This document shows positions 1 through 11,829 of a stretch of 64,000 bases of DNA, one piece after another (position 1 is the stretch's first letter; each line of letters starts with the position of its first letter). A program made the translations under genes and the position numbers. The DNA is taken from NCBI RefSeq assembly GCF_009914755.1, contig NC_060932.1, one strand, 5' to 3'. The notes below the pieces were generated by a model, which saw nothing but the letters and a program-made list of their open reading frames with translations, was not told where the DNA came from and did no database searches. This DNA is from the human T2T-CHM13v2.0 reference genome, Homo sapiens.

Positions 1-579
1 TGTCCTTAGCTGATTTGCAGCTGTATAACTGTAGCTCTGTTTTCTTTCTCACCCTGGAGCAGTTTGGTCCTGATCTTCCATAAGAAACCTCTTCCAAACC
101 TAAAAAAAATCATGTGATGTGTCACTTGATTTTTCTCTGCAGTGTCTTTTGTTTGTTACGTAATCTTAGTTCAAAAGAAAAAAATAATACTTAACCTGGA
201 ATATGGAAACGAAACAAGCCTTATAAAGAGAAGCCATTGCTTTGTATGGGTATTTCTATATGAGGTAGGAAAAGGAAGTATTGCAGGACTTCAGGAATAG
301 CCTCTTTTCTTTGAATGAGTACTAGGTAAAATGTAGAACTCACCAAAAAGTGATGTATAGAACTTTGTTTTTCCATCATCATTAAAACCCTGAGTCTACC
401 TATTCTTATTGAAGAGTAATCCTTATAATATAATCCTTATATTTATCCTTATAAATAATCATGGCTTGAATTCTTCCTTTAGCTACAGTTGGGGTCTGAG
501 AGTGTTAAGAAAATAATTGGAATGATCTTGTACAAATCACTAATATTACAAAAAATTTACAGCCAAAGGGAAGGGTCAG

Positions 580-1233
580 TAATGATATATCATTACATCT
601 ACTGGAATGGCTACAGTTAGAAAGTGTAATAACACCAGGTCTGAAGTGACTGGAACTTTCATACAGTGCTGGTGGGAATATAGGATGATATCACTTTGGA
701 AACAGCTTGAATGTTTTTTATAAAATTTAGCACACACTTGCCATATGACATAGAAATTTTAGCAGCCCTAAGTATTTGCTCAGAAAAAGTAAAAAAACAT
801 GTCTACACAAAGATTTGTTTGAATTAGCTTTGTTCATAATAGCCCCAAATGGAAAACAACTCAAGTGTTTGTTAACAGGTTAACAGATAAGTAATTCTAG
901 TACGTCTAAACAATGGAATATTACTCAGCAATAAAAGAGATGAACTGTTGATTTATGCAACAACCTGGATGAATCTCAAGAACAGTCTTCTGAGAAAAAG
1001 AAGCCAGACATGCAAAATACGTATTGAATGATTCAATTTATATAAAACTCTAGACAAGACAAATCAAATCTATAGTGATAGAAAGTAGATCAATGGTTAC
1101 TAAGGCCAAGGGTGGAGGTTGGGAACTGGCTGGGAAGGGTTACTGAGCACCATTGGAGATGACAGAAATTTTCATATATTGATTGTAATGGTGGTTTCAT
1201 AGATGTATGTATTTGTCAAAACTCCTTGAACTG
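580..1233 (+). mobile_element. Old L1M (L1MC/MD/ME-like) ORF2 end and 3' UTR fragment
   Basis: Typical L1M 3' motifs: aatggaatattactcagcaataaaag, acctggatgaatctcaa, aagccagaca, atctatagtgatagaaagtagatcaatggtt, tttgtcaaaactc. Confidence 0.8.
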
Positions 1234-1246
1234 CAAACTGGTTCCC

Positions 1247-1480
1247 CACCAGAGGCACAGCAAAGGTAGGGTGGTGGGAGCAGGGCACTCCAAGCTACAC
1301 AGAGTAGGGGCATGCAGTGTCTGCAGAGATTTTAAAATAATAATGAAACTGACTAAAAGTCAATCTGATTTTTATTATCCCCATGTATTAGTAATTCGAA
1401 ACAATGTCAGTGAGAAAATCACTTTTCTCAAAAAATTTTCATTAGTCTAAATTCAAAACAATTGTTGCCGTTATTTATTT
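1247..1480 (+). mobile_element. hAT-type DNA transposon fragment (Arthur1-like)
   Basis: gcagtgtctgcagagattttaaaataataatgaaactgactaaaagtcaatctgatttttattatc...aaacaatgtcagtga resembles the recalled Arthur1 (hAT-Tip100) end. Confidence 0.55.
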
Positions 1481-1786
1481 TTCAATAATACACATGCAAG
1501 TCTCAAAGTAACACTTGTAGTTCAGGTTTTCACCAGCTATACCTTACATCAATGTAGCAGTAGCTTCCTAGACCACTTGTTCTCATTGTAGTCTCTTTTT
1601 ATTTCAATCTATCCTTCGTACTGCCACCAATCACCTCCTCTGATTAAAGGTACCCACATTTGCCTTCCCTAAAGATTAAGGACAATTGTCTAGCTAGAAA
1701 AACTAACACTTTCAGGTTCTGGATCCAATTCTTCCTTTCTAGACCTTCATAGGCCACTTCTTATCATACTTCCTATTTTAGTATAT

Positions 1787-1940
1787 CTCACAGTGTAGTC
1801 CATGGACCTCTGCATTGGAACCACAGCATGAGAGGGAGGGTGGAGATGGATATACCTACAACCTGCCCCAAATCTGCAGCATTAGAATATCTATGGGGGC
1901 AGGTGAGATCTGGATCTCCTCAGATAATTCTTAAGCTAAG
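1787..1940. mobile_element. MER5-like hAT-Charlie fragment
   Basis: ctcacagtgtagtccatggacctctgcatt...ctgccccaaatctgcagcattagaatatct...cctcagataattct, a degraded MER5 pattern. Confidence 0.5.
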
Positions 1941-2060
1941 CTTAATAAAACTTAAGCATTTCTGCCATATCTTCACCAGCTATTTCATTGTTTTCCTGAA
2001 TATGCAATTACCGTCACATAGAAGCCTTTGTTTGGTAGTTCTTTTTCCTCTCCTGGAATA

Positions 2061-2452
2061 CCCCTTCCCTTCCCTCCCTCCCCCTCCCCTCCCCTCCCCT
2101 CCCCTCCCCCTCCCCTCCCCTCCCCTCCCCCTCCCCTCCCCTCCCCTCCCCCTCCCCTCCCCTCCCCTCCCCCTCCCCTCCCCTCCCCTCCCCCTCCCCT
2201 CCCCTCCCCCTCCCCTCCCCTCCCCTCCCCCTCCCCTCCCCTCCCCCTCCCCTCCCCCTCCCCTCCCCCTCCCCTCCCCCTCCCCTCCCCCTCCCCTCCC
2301 CCTCCCCTCCCCTCTCCTCTCCTCCCCTCCTCTCCCCTCCCCCTCCTCCCCTCCTCTCCCCTCCCCTTCTTTTTCTCTCCTCCTCTCCTCTCCTTTCCTG
2401 TCTTTCCTTTCTTCCCTTTCCTTTCTTTCCTTTCCTTTCCTTTCTTTCCTTT
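2061..2452. repeat. Polypyrimidine/polypurine tract: (CCCCT)n with a 21-bp higher-order unit, grading into (CTTTC)n; expanded tail of the adjacent Alu
   Basis: About 390 bp almost entirely C/T; repeated (CCCCT)3CCCCCT; abuts the 3' end of the minus-strand Alu. Confidence 0.95.
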
Positions 2453-2737
<285 letters not shown>

Positions 2738-2887
2738 CTTACTTTTCTTTACAAAGATAATATTTACAGCATATTTTAAAGGGCTATGTAAATGTTACTT
2801 CTTTATGCAACCTTCTCTGCTCCTCCAATATCCTTCTTTAACACTTCTTACACACATACAGCTCACATCACTTGGTGCTATAGTTAT

Positions 2888-3110
2888 TGTGGTAGCCATT
2901 TGTGTTATTTCCAAAATAGTTCTGGTTTCCCTTATTCTTGATAGGATTGACTTCTTGGCCCTTGGTCATTAGGAGTCATGTTACCAGTTCTGACCAATGA
3001 GTTGTGAGTGAAAGTCTATGTGCCACTTCCACAAAAGAGAGACCATTTATTAGATCCTTATTTTCCTTTGCTGTGGCAACTTGGTAATTTTCCAGCAGTG
3101 GTTATGGACA
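2888..3110 (+). mobile_element. MLT1I/J-like MaLR LTR fragment
   Basis: tgtggtagcc...gtcatgttaccagttctgaccaatgagttgtgagtgaaagt..tgtgccacttcc is the MLT1I/J core. Confidence 0.6.
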
Positions 3111-3299
3111 TTCTTCTGAAGGGACAATTGACCGGGATTGCTGTGTGAGCTTTGATGTCTACCACCCACATATATATTACTTAGAGCTATTGGTAGCAAT
3201 ATCCATCAGTGATTCAAGGACTTTCTGTAACAATTTGGATCCCATTTTTTGTTTTTGGCTCTTTGCTCTTCAGTAAGCTGAAGCGTGTGAGAGAACATG

Positions 3300-3520
3300 G
3301 AGGCAGCATGGAGCACAGATTGAAAAGCCATTTGGACCTGGGTTCAAAGCCCAGTTCTACCATTTATTACCTGTGTAACCATGATCAAGTTACTGAAGCT
3401 CTTTAAATTTCTGTTTTTAAATGTTTTAAATGAGAACAAAAATTTCTATTCTTAAGGATTGTGGTGATAAACAGATAAGATAAAGTGTAACCATGTTAGC
3501 ACATTGCCAAACATCTAATA
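3300..3520 (+). mobile_element. MIR SINE
   Basis: gacctgggttcaaagcccagttctaccatttattacctgtgtaaccatgatcaagttact is the MIR core. Confidence 0.85.
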
Positions 3521-4268
3521 TTACAATGGTGACTATAAAAGACCACCTGCATTCAAGGGGACACCTTGCCTGAGGCTTTTGCTTTCTTAAGTCACACATC
3601 AAATGTCTAATTCTATTGTCTAAGCCTTCTGGCTCAGTTAGGTAGTTTTTTCAAGCAGAAAAATGTGATTACTTATATGGAGAAAATAATCAGGTGAGAA
3701 CATTTACATAAAACTGAGAGCTAAAAAAATGCTTAAACCTTTGTTTAACAACTTTGTTTTTTAAATCCTGAAGTTTACAGTTTTGCCTAACAGCCACAAA
3801 GAATTAGTACCATAAAAATATCTGGGTATTAAGAGGACATATTATTTATTGTTGTTGCTTTTCTGGCACTCTCACTAAAGTATGAAACTTATGTATAAAG
3901 ACAAAGATATTTATAAATCAAAATGTCTTCAGAAATAATTTGATTTACTACTTTCATTTAACAGTTGGAAAAACTGTAACCTAGTTAGATTATGGGATTT
4001 ATTAGGGATAAATCCCCATGTCTCTTGAATCAGTGATTTTACCCTAACACCATACTTCCCTAGACTTAATGCTTTAGTTATTGTTTACCAACGGCTGCTG
4101 TATTATTAATATCAATTTACTCTTTTACAAGAACTCTCCAGAAGCATAAAAACATACAAGAAGAGAATGAGTACCCAAATAGTCCTTATCCTTATTGAAT
4201 CTCACATCATTTAAGTTATTCTGTTAATTCATTCATCCCAGTATACTCAGAATTTAAATCTTATTCAT

Positions 4269-4374
4269 GTGCCCGCTTTTGCAGCACGCATGCTAAAATT
4301 GGAATGATACAAAGAAGATAGCATGGCTCCTGCACAAGGATAACACAGAAATTCATGAAGCATTCCTTATTTTT
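4269..4374 (+). pseudogene. Full-length U6 snRNA processed pseudogene (5' part of a U6/L1 chimera)
   Basis: GTGCCCGCTTTTGCAGCACGCATGCTAAAATTGGAATGATACAAAGAAGATAGCATGGCTCCTGCACAAGGATAACACAGAAATTCATGAAGCATTCCTTATTTTT aligns end to end with human U6 (my count: about 16 substitutions and 1 deletion). The ACAGAGA box is mutated to ACAAAGA; the copy ends in T5. Confidence 0.97.
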
Positions 4375-7300
4375 ACAAAGGGAAGCCTGTCAGGTGAATA
4401 GTGGACCCTTCAACAGAAACCTTACAAGCCAGAAGAGATTGAAGGCCTATTTTCAGCATCCTTAAAGAAAAGAAATTCCAACCAAGAATTTCATACCCCA
4501 CCAAATTAAGCTTCATAAGAGAAGGATAAATAAAATTATTTTCAGAGAAGACAATGCTAAATGAGTTAGTTACCATTAGTCCTGCCTTACAGAATGTCTT
4601 TAAGTGAGTGCTGAACATGGAAACAAAAGATCAATACCTGCTACCAGTGGCAAGTTGGATAAAGAAGCAAGACCCAACTGTCTGCTGTCTTCAAGAGATC
4701 TATCTCACATGCAATGACACATACAAGATCAAAGTAAATGGATGGAGAAAGATCTATAGGCAAACAGGAAATAAAAAAAAAGCAGAGGTGCTATTCTTAT
4801 ATCAGACAAAACAGACAATGATCAAAAAAGACAAAGAAGGACATTGCAAAGTGATAAAGGGTACAATTCAACAAGAAGACATAACTGTCCTAAATATACA
4901 TATGCATCCAACATTGGAGCCCCCAGATCCATAAAATAAGTTCTAGAGACCTGTGAAGGGACTTAGATAAACACACAATAATAGTGGGAGATTTCAACAC
5001 CACACTAATAGCATTAGACAGATCATTGAGGCAGAAAACTAACAGAGATATTCTGAACTTAAAACCCACAGTTGTCCAAATAGACCTAATAGACATTTAC
5101 AAGACACTCCAGCCAACAACAGAATATACATTCTTCTCATCTGCATACAGCACATACCCTAAGATTGACCACATGCTAAGCCATAAAGTACCAACAAATT
5201 CAAAAAGACCAAAGCTATACCAACCACACTCTCAGGCCACAGCTCAATAAAGATAGAATTCAATACCAAGAAGATATTGCAAAACCATACAATTACATGG
5301 AAATTAAACAATCTACTTCTAAATGTCTTTTGGGTAAAGAATAAAATTAAGGCAGAGATAAAAAAAAAAACTCTTTGAAACTAATGAAACAATGTGGTTG
5401 GTACGATTTTGACTTTTTTTAATTCATTGATACTTGCTTTATGGCAGAGCATGTGATGAATCTTGCAGTATATGCTGTGTGCAGATGAGAAGAATGTATA
5501 TTCTGCTACTGGGTAGAACATACCAGAATTTCTGGGACACAGGTAAAGCAGTATTAAGAGGAAAATCTATAGTGCTAAATGCTTACATCAAGAAATTAGA
5601 TCTCAAATTAGCAACCTAACATTGCACCTAGAGAAACTAGAAAAACAAGAGCAAACTGACCTCAAAGCCAGGAGAAAAAAAGAAATAACTGAAATCAGAG
5701 CTGAACTGAACAAAATTCAGATGTAAAAATCCACACAAAAGATCAACAAAACCAAAATTTGTTTTTTGAAAGAATAAACAAGATTTATAGACCAATAAGT
5801 AGATTACTAAAAAGAGAAGATCCAACTAAGTACAATCAGAAATGACAAAGGTGACATTACCACCTAACCCCACAGAAATATAAAAACCTTCAGGGACTAT
5901 TGTGAACATCTCTATGCATGCAGACTAGAAAACAAAGCAGAAGTGGATAAATTCCTGGAACCATAGAGCCTCCCAGTATTGAACCAGGAAGAAATTGAAA
6001 TCCTGAACAGACCAATAATGTGTTCTGACATTGAGTTAGTAATAAAAAAACTCTACCAATGAAAAAATAAACCTTGAGATGACACAGATTCACAGCTAAA
6101 TTCTACCAGACATACAAAGATCTAGTACCAATTCTATGGAAATTATTCCAAAAAAAGAGGAGAGGGTTCTCCTCCCTAACTCATTCTCTGAAGCCAACAT
6201 CATTCTCATACCATAGCCTTGCAGAGACACAACAGAAAGAAAGCTTCAATATCTGTGATGAACATGAATGCAAAAATCCTCAATGAAATATTAGCTAACC
6301 ATGTCCAGCAGCACATCAAAAAGTTACCATGATGATCAAGTAGGCTTTATTTCTGGGATGCAAGTTGGGTTCAACATACACAAATCAATAAATGTGATTC
6401 ACCACATAAACAGAATTACAAACAAAAACCACATGATCATCTCAATAGATGCAGAAAAGCCTTTTGATAAAACTCAATGTCCCTTCATGTTAAAAACCCT
6501 CAACAAACTAGGAATCAAAGAAACATACCTCCAAATAATAAGAACCATCTATGACAAACCCACAGCCAACATCATACTGAATAGGCAAAAGCTGGAAGTA
6601 TTCTCTTTGAGAATGGAAACAAGATAAGGATGCCCACTTTTACCACTGCTATTCAACATAGTACTGGAAGTCCTAGCTACAGCAAGTGGGCAAGAAAAAG
6701 AAATAAAAGTCATCCAGATAGGAAGAGAGTAAGTCATACTATCTTCACAGACAATATGATTCTATACCTGGAAAACCCCATAGACTCTGCCAAAAAAAGC
6801 TCCTAGAACTGATAAACAACTTTAGAAAAGTTTCAGGATACAAAATCAGTGTACAAAAATCAGTAGCATTTGTATACACCAATAAAGTACAAGCTGATAG
6901 CCAAATCAAGAACACAATCCCATTTACAATAGCCACAAAAAGAATAAAATACCTAGGAATACAGCTAACCAAGGAAGTGAAAGATATCTACAACAAAATT
7001 TATAAAACACAGCTGAAAGAAATCAGAAATTACACAAACAAGTGGAAAAACATTCCATGCTCATGGATAGGAAGAGTCAATCTTATTAAAATGGCTACAC
7101 TGCCCAAAGCAATTTACAGATTCAATGCTATTTCTATCAAACTGCCAAGGACATTTTTCACAGAATTAGAAAAAACTACTCTAAAATTCATATGGAATCA
7201 AAAAAGAGCCCAAATAGCCAAAGCAATCCTAAGCAAAAAACAAAAGCATAAAAACAAAAACAAAGCAGGTGGTATCGCACTATCTGATTTCAAACTATAC

Positions 7301-8730
7301 TACAAGGCTATGGTAACCAAAACAGCATGATACTGGTACAAAATCAGGCACATAGACCAATGGAACATAACAGAGAACACAGAAATAAAGCTGCACACCT
7401 ACAGCCATTTGATCTTTGACAAAGTTGACAAAAATCAGCAATGGGAAAGGGGACTCTCTATTCAATAAATGGTGCTGGGATAACTGGCTAGCCATATGTA
7501 GAAGATTGAAACTGGAGCCATTTCTTTTACCATATACAAAAATCAACTCAAGATAGATTAAAGACTGCAATGTAAAACCTAAAACTATAAAAATCCTAGA
7601 AGAAAACCTAGGAAATACTATTCTGGACATTGGCTTTGGCATAGAATTTATGGCTAAGTCCCCAAAAGCAATTGCAACAAAACCAAAAATTGACAAATAG
7701 GATGTAAACTAAAGAGCTTCTGCACAGTAAAAGAAACTATCAACCCAGTAAACAGACAACCTGCAGAATGAGAGAAAATATTCACAAACTGTGCATCCAA
7801 CAAACATCTAATATACAGAATCTATAGGGAACTTAAATGATTCGAGAAGCAAAAAACAACCCACCACATTTAAAAAAGGGCAAAGGATGTGAGTAGGCAC
7901 TTCTCAAAAGAAGACATACACACAACCAACAAGCATGTGAAAAAATCCCCCACATTACTAATCACTAAAGAAATGTAAATCAAAACCACAATGAGATATC
8001 ATCTTACACCAGTCAGAATGGCTATTTTTACAAAGTCAAAAAATAACGGATACTAGTGAGGCTGTGGAGAAAAGGGAACACTTATACACTGCTGGTAGGA
8101 ATGTAAATTAGTTCAGCCACTGTTGAAGGCAGTTTGGAGATTTTTCAAAGAACTGAAAACAGAACTACCATTAGACTCAGCAATCCCATTACTGGGTGTA
8201 TACCAAAAAGAATATAAATCATTCTACCGTGAAGATACATGCATGCATATGCTCATCATAGCACAGTGAATACATAGCACATATTCACAATAGCAAAGAC
8301 ATGGAATTAACCTAGATGCCTATGAACAGTGGACTGGATGAAGAACATGTGGTACATATACAACATGGAATACTACACAGCTGTTAAAAAGAATGAGATC
8401 ATGTCCTCTGCAGCAACATGGATGCAGGTGGAAGCCATTTTCCTAAGCAAATTAATGCAGGAACAGAAAACCAAATACTGAATATTTTCACTTGTTAGTG
8501 GGAGCTAAATTTAATATCTGTGGACACAAAGATGGAAACAATAGGCACTTGAGGTAGGAGGGTGAGAAGTTGTGGGTTTAAAAACTATCAGGTACTATGC
8601 TCACCACCTGGGTGACGGGATTATTTGTACACCAAACCTTAGTGACATGCAGTTCACCCATGTAACAAACAAACCTGTACATGTACCCTCTGAACCTAAA
8701 AGTCAAAAATAAATAAATAATCAAATAAAT
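4375..8730 (+). mobile_element. 5'-truncated old L1PA (L1PA15-like): ORF1 C-terminus, degenerate ORF2, 3' UTR and A-rich tail; fused to U6
   Basis: Starts in ORF1 (acaaagggaagcctgtcagg). ORF-track fragments show ORF2 EN (VASWIKKQDPTVCCLQE, GDFNT, KIDH) and RT ([14 protein letters not shown]). 3' UTR tatgctcaccacctgggtgacggg. TSD AAATCTTATTCAT (4256-4268) / AAATCTTACTCAT (8731-8743) encloses U6 plus L1. Confidence 0.95.
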
Positions 8731-9029
8731 AAATCTTACTCATGGGAAGTTGGCATCCCCCATGAATTCTTATTTTTCAAAAGTTTTACAATGTATTTTA
8801 CATCCTACTATCTAAATTCTTATGTATGTGTCCATAACCCTGGGGATACAAATTGTTGAAGCTCACTCGAATCATTTACCAATAACTCTATTCAGATCAA
8901 GTTATACTATTTAGACATTAAGTACCTTGATTATTACTTAAAATTACATGTAATTTCTTCATTTCCTCCTCCTTTCTTTCCTTCCCTCTCTCTTTTTTCC
9001 TTCCCCTACCTTCCTCCCTCCCCATCCCT

Positions 9030-9200
9030 AAAATATTTATTTAGCACTTCCAGTGTCAAAGTGCCAGACTTCAGAAATATAATTGTGAGCAAAGTCAATG
9101 AGGAACCTGACCTCAGAGAGCACAGCACCTAGCTATAAAGAGAGACATTAAGCATGCAAATATAATAAAGGGTGATCAATGTTATAAGAAGGAAATACTA
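9030..9200 (-). mobile_element. L2 3' fragment
   Basis: aaatatttatttagcact...gacctcagagagcacagc...gagagacattaagc, antisense L2 3' end. Confidence 0.6.
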
Positions 9201-11536
9201 AAATGGGTAAACTTTTCAGTGGGGATATTACAGTTTGTGATTTTTAAAATATAATAGTTCCAAAGCGATTTTAGCAGAATGCCTAAAGTAGCAGTGACTA
9301 ATAATATGTTTACATTTTTTCCTTCTTCTTTGGACCTTTGACGCCATTATCATGTTCTGTCTACTTTTTGTTCTCCCCTCCTTTCCCTCTCTAGCAACAC
9401 AATTCTGTGTTATTTTTCACCTGCATAAAACCTGCAGTTGTTTCTCTTCAACATTTCAGAATCACCACTTACATTTTGTCACACAGAGTGCTTTTTATAA
9501 AAAGCAGTTATAAATTATAGTGAAGGGCAAATATTCATACCTTGAAAAATTCCAAAACCCCATATCCTAATACCCTTGACTTTTTCTTTCTCCATCATGA
9601 TTTTTATGTAAAGTGTGAGGATGTGGTTATTAATTTATGTGAGCTGATATATATCTATGTTGCTCCTGGGGGGAAAAGATGTTATGTATATTAACAGTGT
9701 ATACTAGCACATGAAATTTTTACTTGACCTCAGAAGTCACTATTTTGATTCTACCTCTTTTCTGTCTCCTACTTGGTAGTGGACAACATTGTTTCTACAG
9801 GTAAACTGATAATCGGTTATTAGTTTGTTTCTCTTAAAAAGAGCTATGGGTTCTAAATTGGGTTCACAGAAGCTCATGGACACAGCAGCAAATCATTCAT
9901 GGAAAATTGGTGCCTGATCCCTTCATGTTGTACAAGATCAGATCGCCATTGGCTTCAAACTTAACCTTATGTTTGCACTTGGGATTCCTGCCTTCCTCTG
10001 AATGTTCTCAAGGCCTTCTCATTGGCAGGTCTATTGAGGGCTCAGTGGCCTGCCCACCATGCCTCAACTCATCTGCATTCTGATTCCTCCTCGCATTCGC
10101 CAACCTGGTTTGTCCCTGGTCTCTGACACCGAGCATATGTCACTGTCACTGAAAAGAGGCTGCCTTCCTCCCCTTGCTGCACACAGATTTAGCACATGGG
10201 ACCTTCTCTCTCGTTTACTTACTTACTTCACCTGCTTCAGATCTGCAGAAAAGAACATCTGAGAGTGAAACTTACAGTCCAAACTGAACTTCCACCGGGA
10301 AGAAGAGTTTGATGTTGGAAAACAAACTTTATTTTGGCAATTATTTAATCAGCCACATGATTCTAAATTATTTCATTTTCCTTTCCCTTTGCTGCTTGGT
10401 TAGTTCAAGGCTCTGCACAACAACTTTACACATGGTTATCTCTTTACATCTTGGCAATGTGTGTAAGTTGGAATAACACGAGGTTCAGGTGGGATTTCCT
10501 GTTTTCTTATATATTTAGCTAGGCAAGGCCTCAAGTAAGAAATCAGTGCCACTATTCTGCATGAGAATGTTTACATAAATAATGGTTCAGATTCTCATAT
10601 GCAGCAGGCTAGTTTGTTCTTGATGGTCCTTGAAAGTCCTTTTTTCTTTTTAACCTGGTCACAGTCAACTTAAGCTGACCTGGCAAGTGCCCAGATTGCT
10701 TGTACAAGAATTACAAATTATTAGTGTCATTGACTCTTCCACTGTACAAATGGCTGCTATGTTTGGGCAGCAAGCAGGCAGCACTTAGAGGCAGCCAGCC
10801 TTTCTAAATGTCCTTTAATGAAGAGACCATGTTCATTTGCTTTTAAGATCAGAATGTTCTTTCTGGGTTTTCTTAACTCATTTTATCTTTGCCCTTAAAT
10901 TTCCTACTCGGTGGATAAGTAATTGCCAAAGAAGAGCTGTCTCAGAAAAGGCTTTGTGTGCTGATCCCAGCCACTGGTCCCCAGGAGCTTTACTAAGACA
11001 GGCATTTCTTTTTTATATTTGAGTCATAGGAGGGAGATTAGCTCTTCTGGACTTCATCTGGGCTTTTCCTTATGACCACGTGGCAATAAGACCCAGTGAC
11101 AATCACTCCCTACTGGAGTTTGTATGCATTGCCTTCAGTCTTCCAGCTGCTTTCATCTACCAAACTCAGGATCCCCTCACCACTTTTCTCTTTGGTAGAT
11201 ATAAGAGATTATTTGGAAGAACTAGTGAAGTTACCTGAATTTTTTACCTTCTATGCAAAATGAATTTTAGTAGTGGAAAGCAGATGTTTATGTAATCAAT
11301 GGTGGTTTGTGTAGTCAGCCCAGTTTAGTTGGGGATATCATGGCTTTGGAAATGTATCCTGAGATACATTATCTGCTTAATAATGTTGACTGAATATGGT
11401 CTAGAGAAAAGGCAGAGTTGTAAAAATGAGTGGTCTTACAAGAAAGAGGTCAGAATCATGCATTAAGAAATGCCAGATATATCATGGTTACTCTTCTCTC
11501 CCTATTTCTAGTTGCTATAAAAGTATTGCAAAGATT

Positions 11537-11829
11537 GGCCAGGCGTGGCGGTCACGCCTGTAATCCCAGTGTTTTGGGAGGCCGAGATTAGTGGATCATT
11601 TGGGGTCAGGAGTTCGAGACCAGCTTGACCTACGTAGTGAAACCCCGTCTCTACTAAAATACAAAAATTAGCCGGGTGTAGTGGCAGGCACCTGTAATCC
11701 CAGGTACTCGGAAGGCTCAGGCAGGAGAATCTCTTGAACCCATGAGGCGGAGTTGCAGTGAGCCCAGATGGTGCCACTACACTCCAGCCTGGGCGATAGG
11801 GCAAGACTCCCTCTCAAAAAAAAAAAAAA
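11537..11829 (+). mobile_element. AluSx-like
   Basis: Full dimer with A tail; TSD AAAAG(T/G)ATTGCAAAGATT on both sides. Confidence 0.97.

Noticed and set aside
4269-4374. Functional U6 snRNA gene
   Set aside because: ACAGAGA box mutated, about 16% diverged, no recognisable PSE/TATA upstream, and enclosed with L1 in a TSD.
11020-11027. AP-1 heptamers (also near 11972, 23090 and 52947)
   Set aside because: 7-mers are expected several times by chance in 64 kb; no supporting context.
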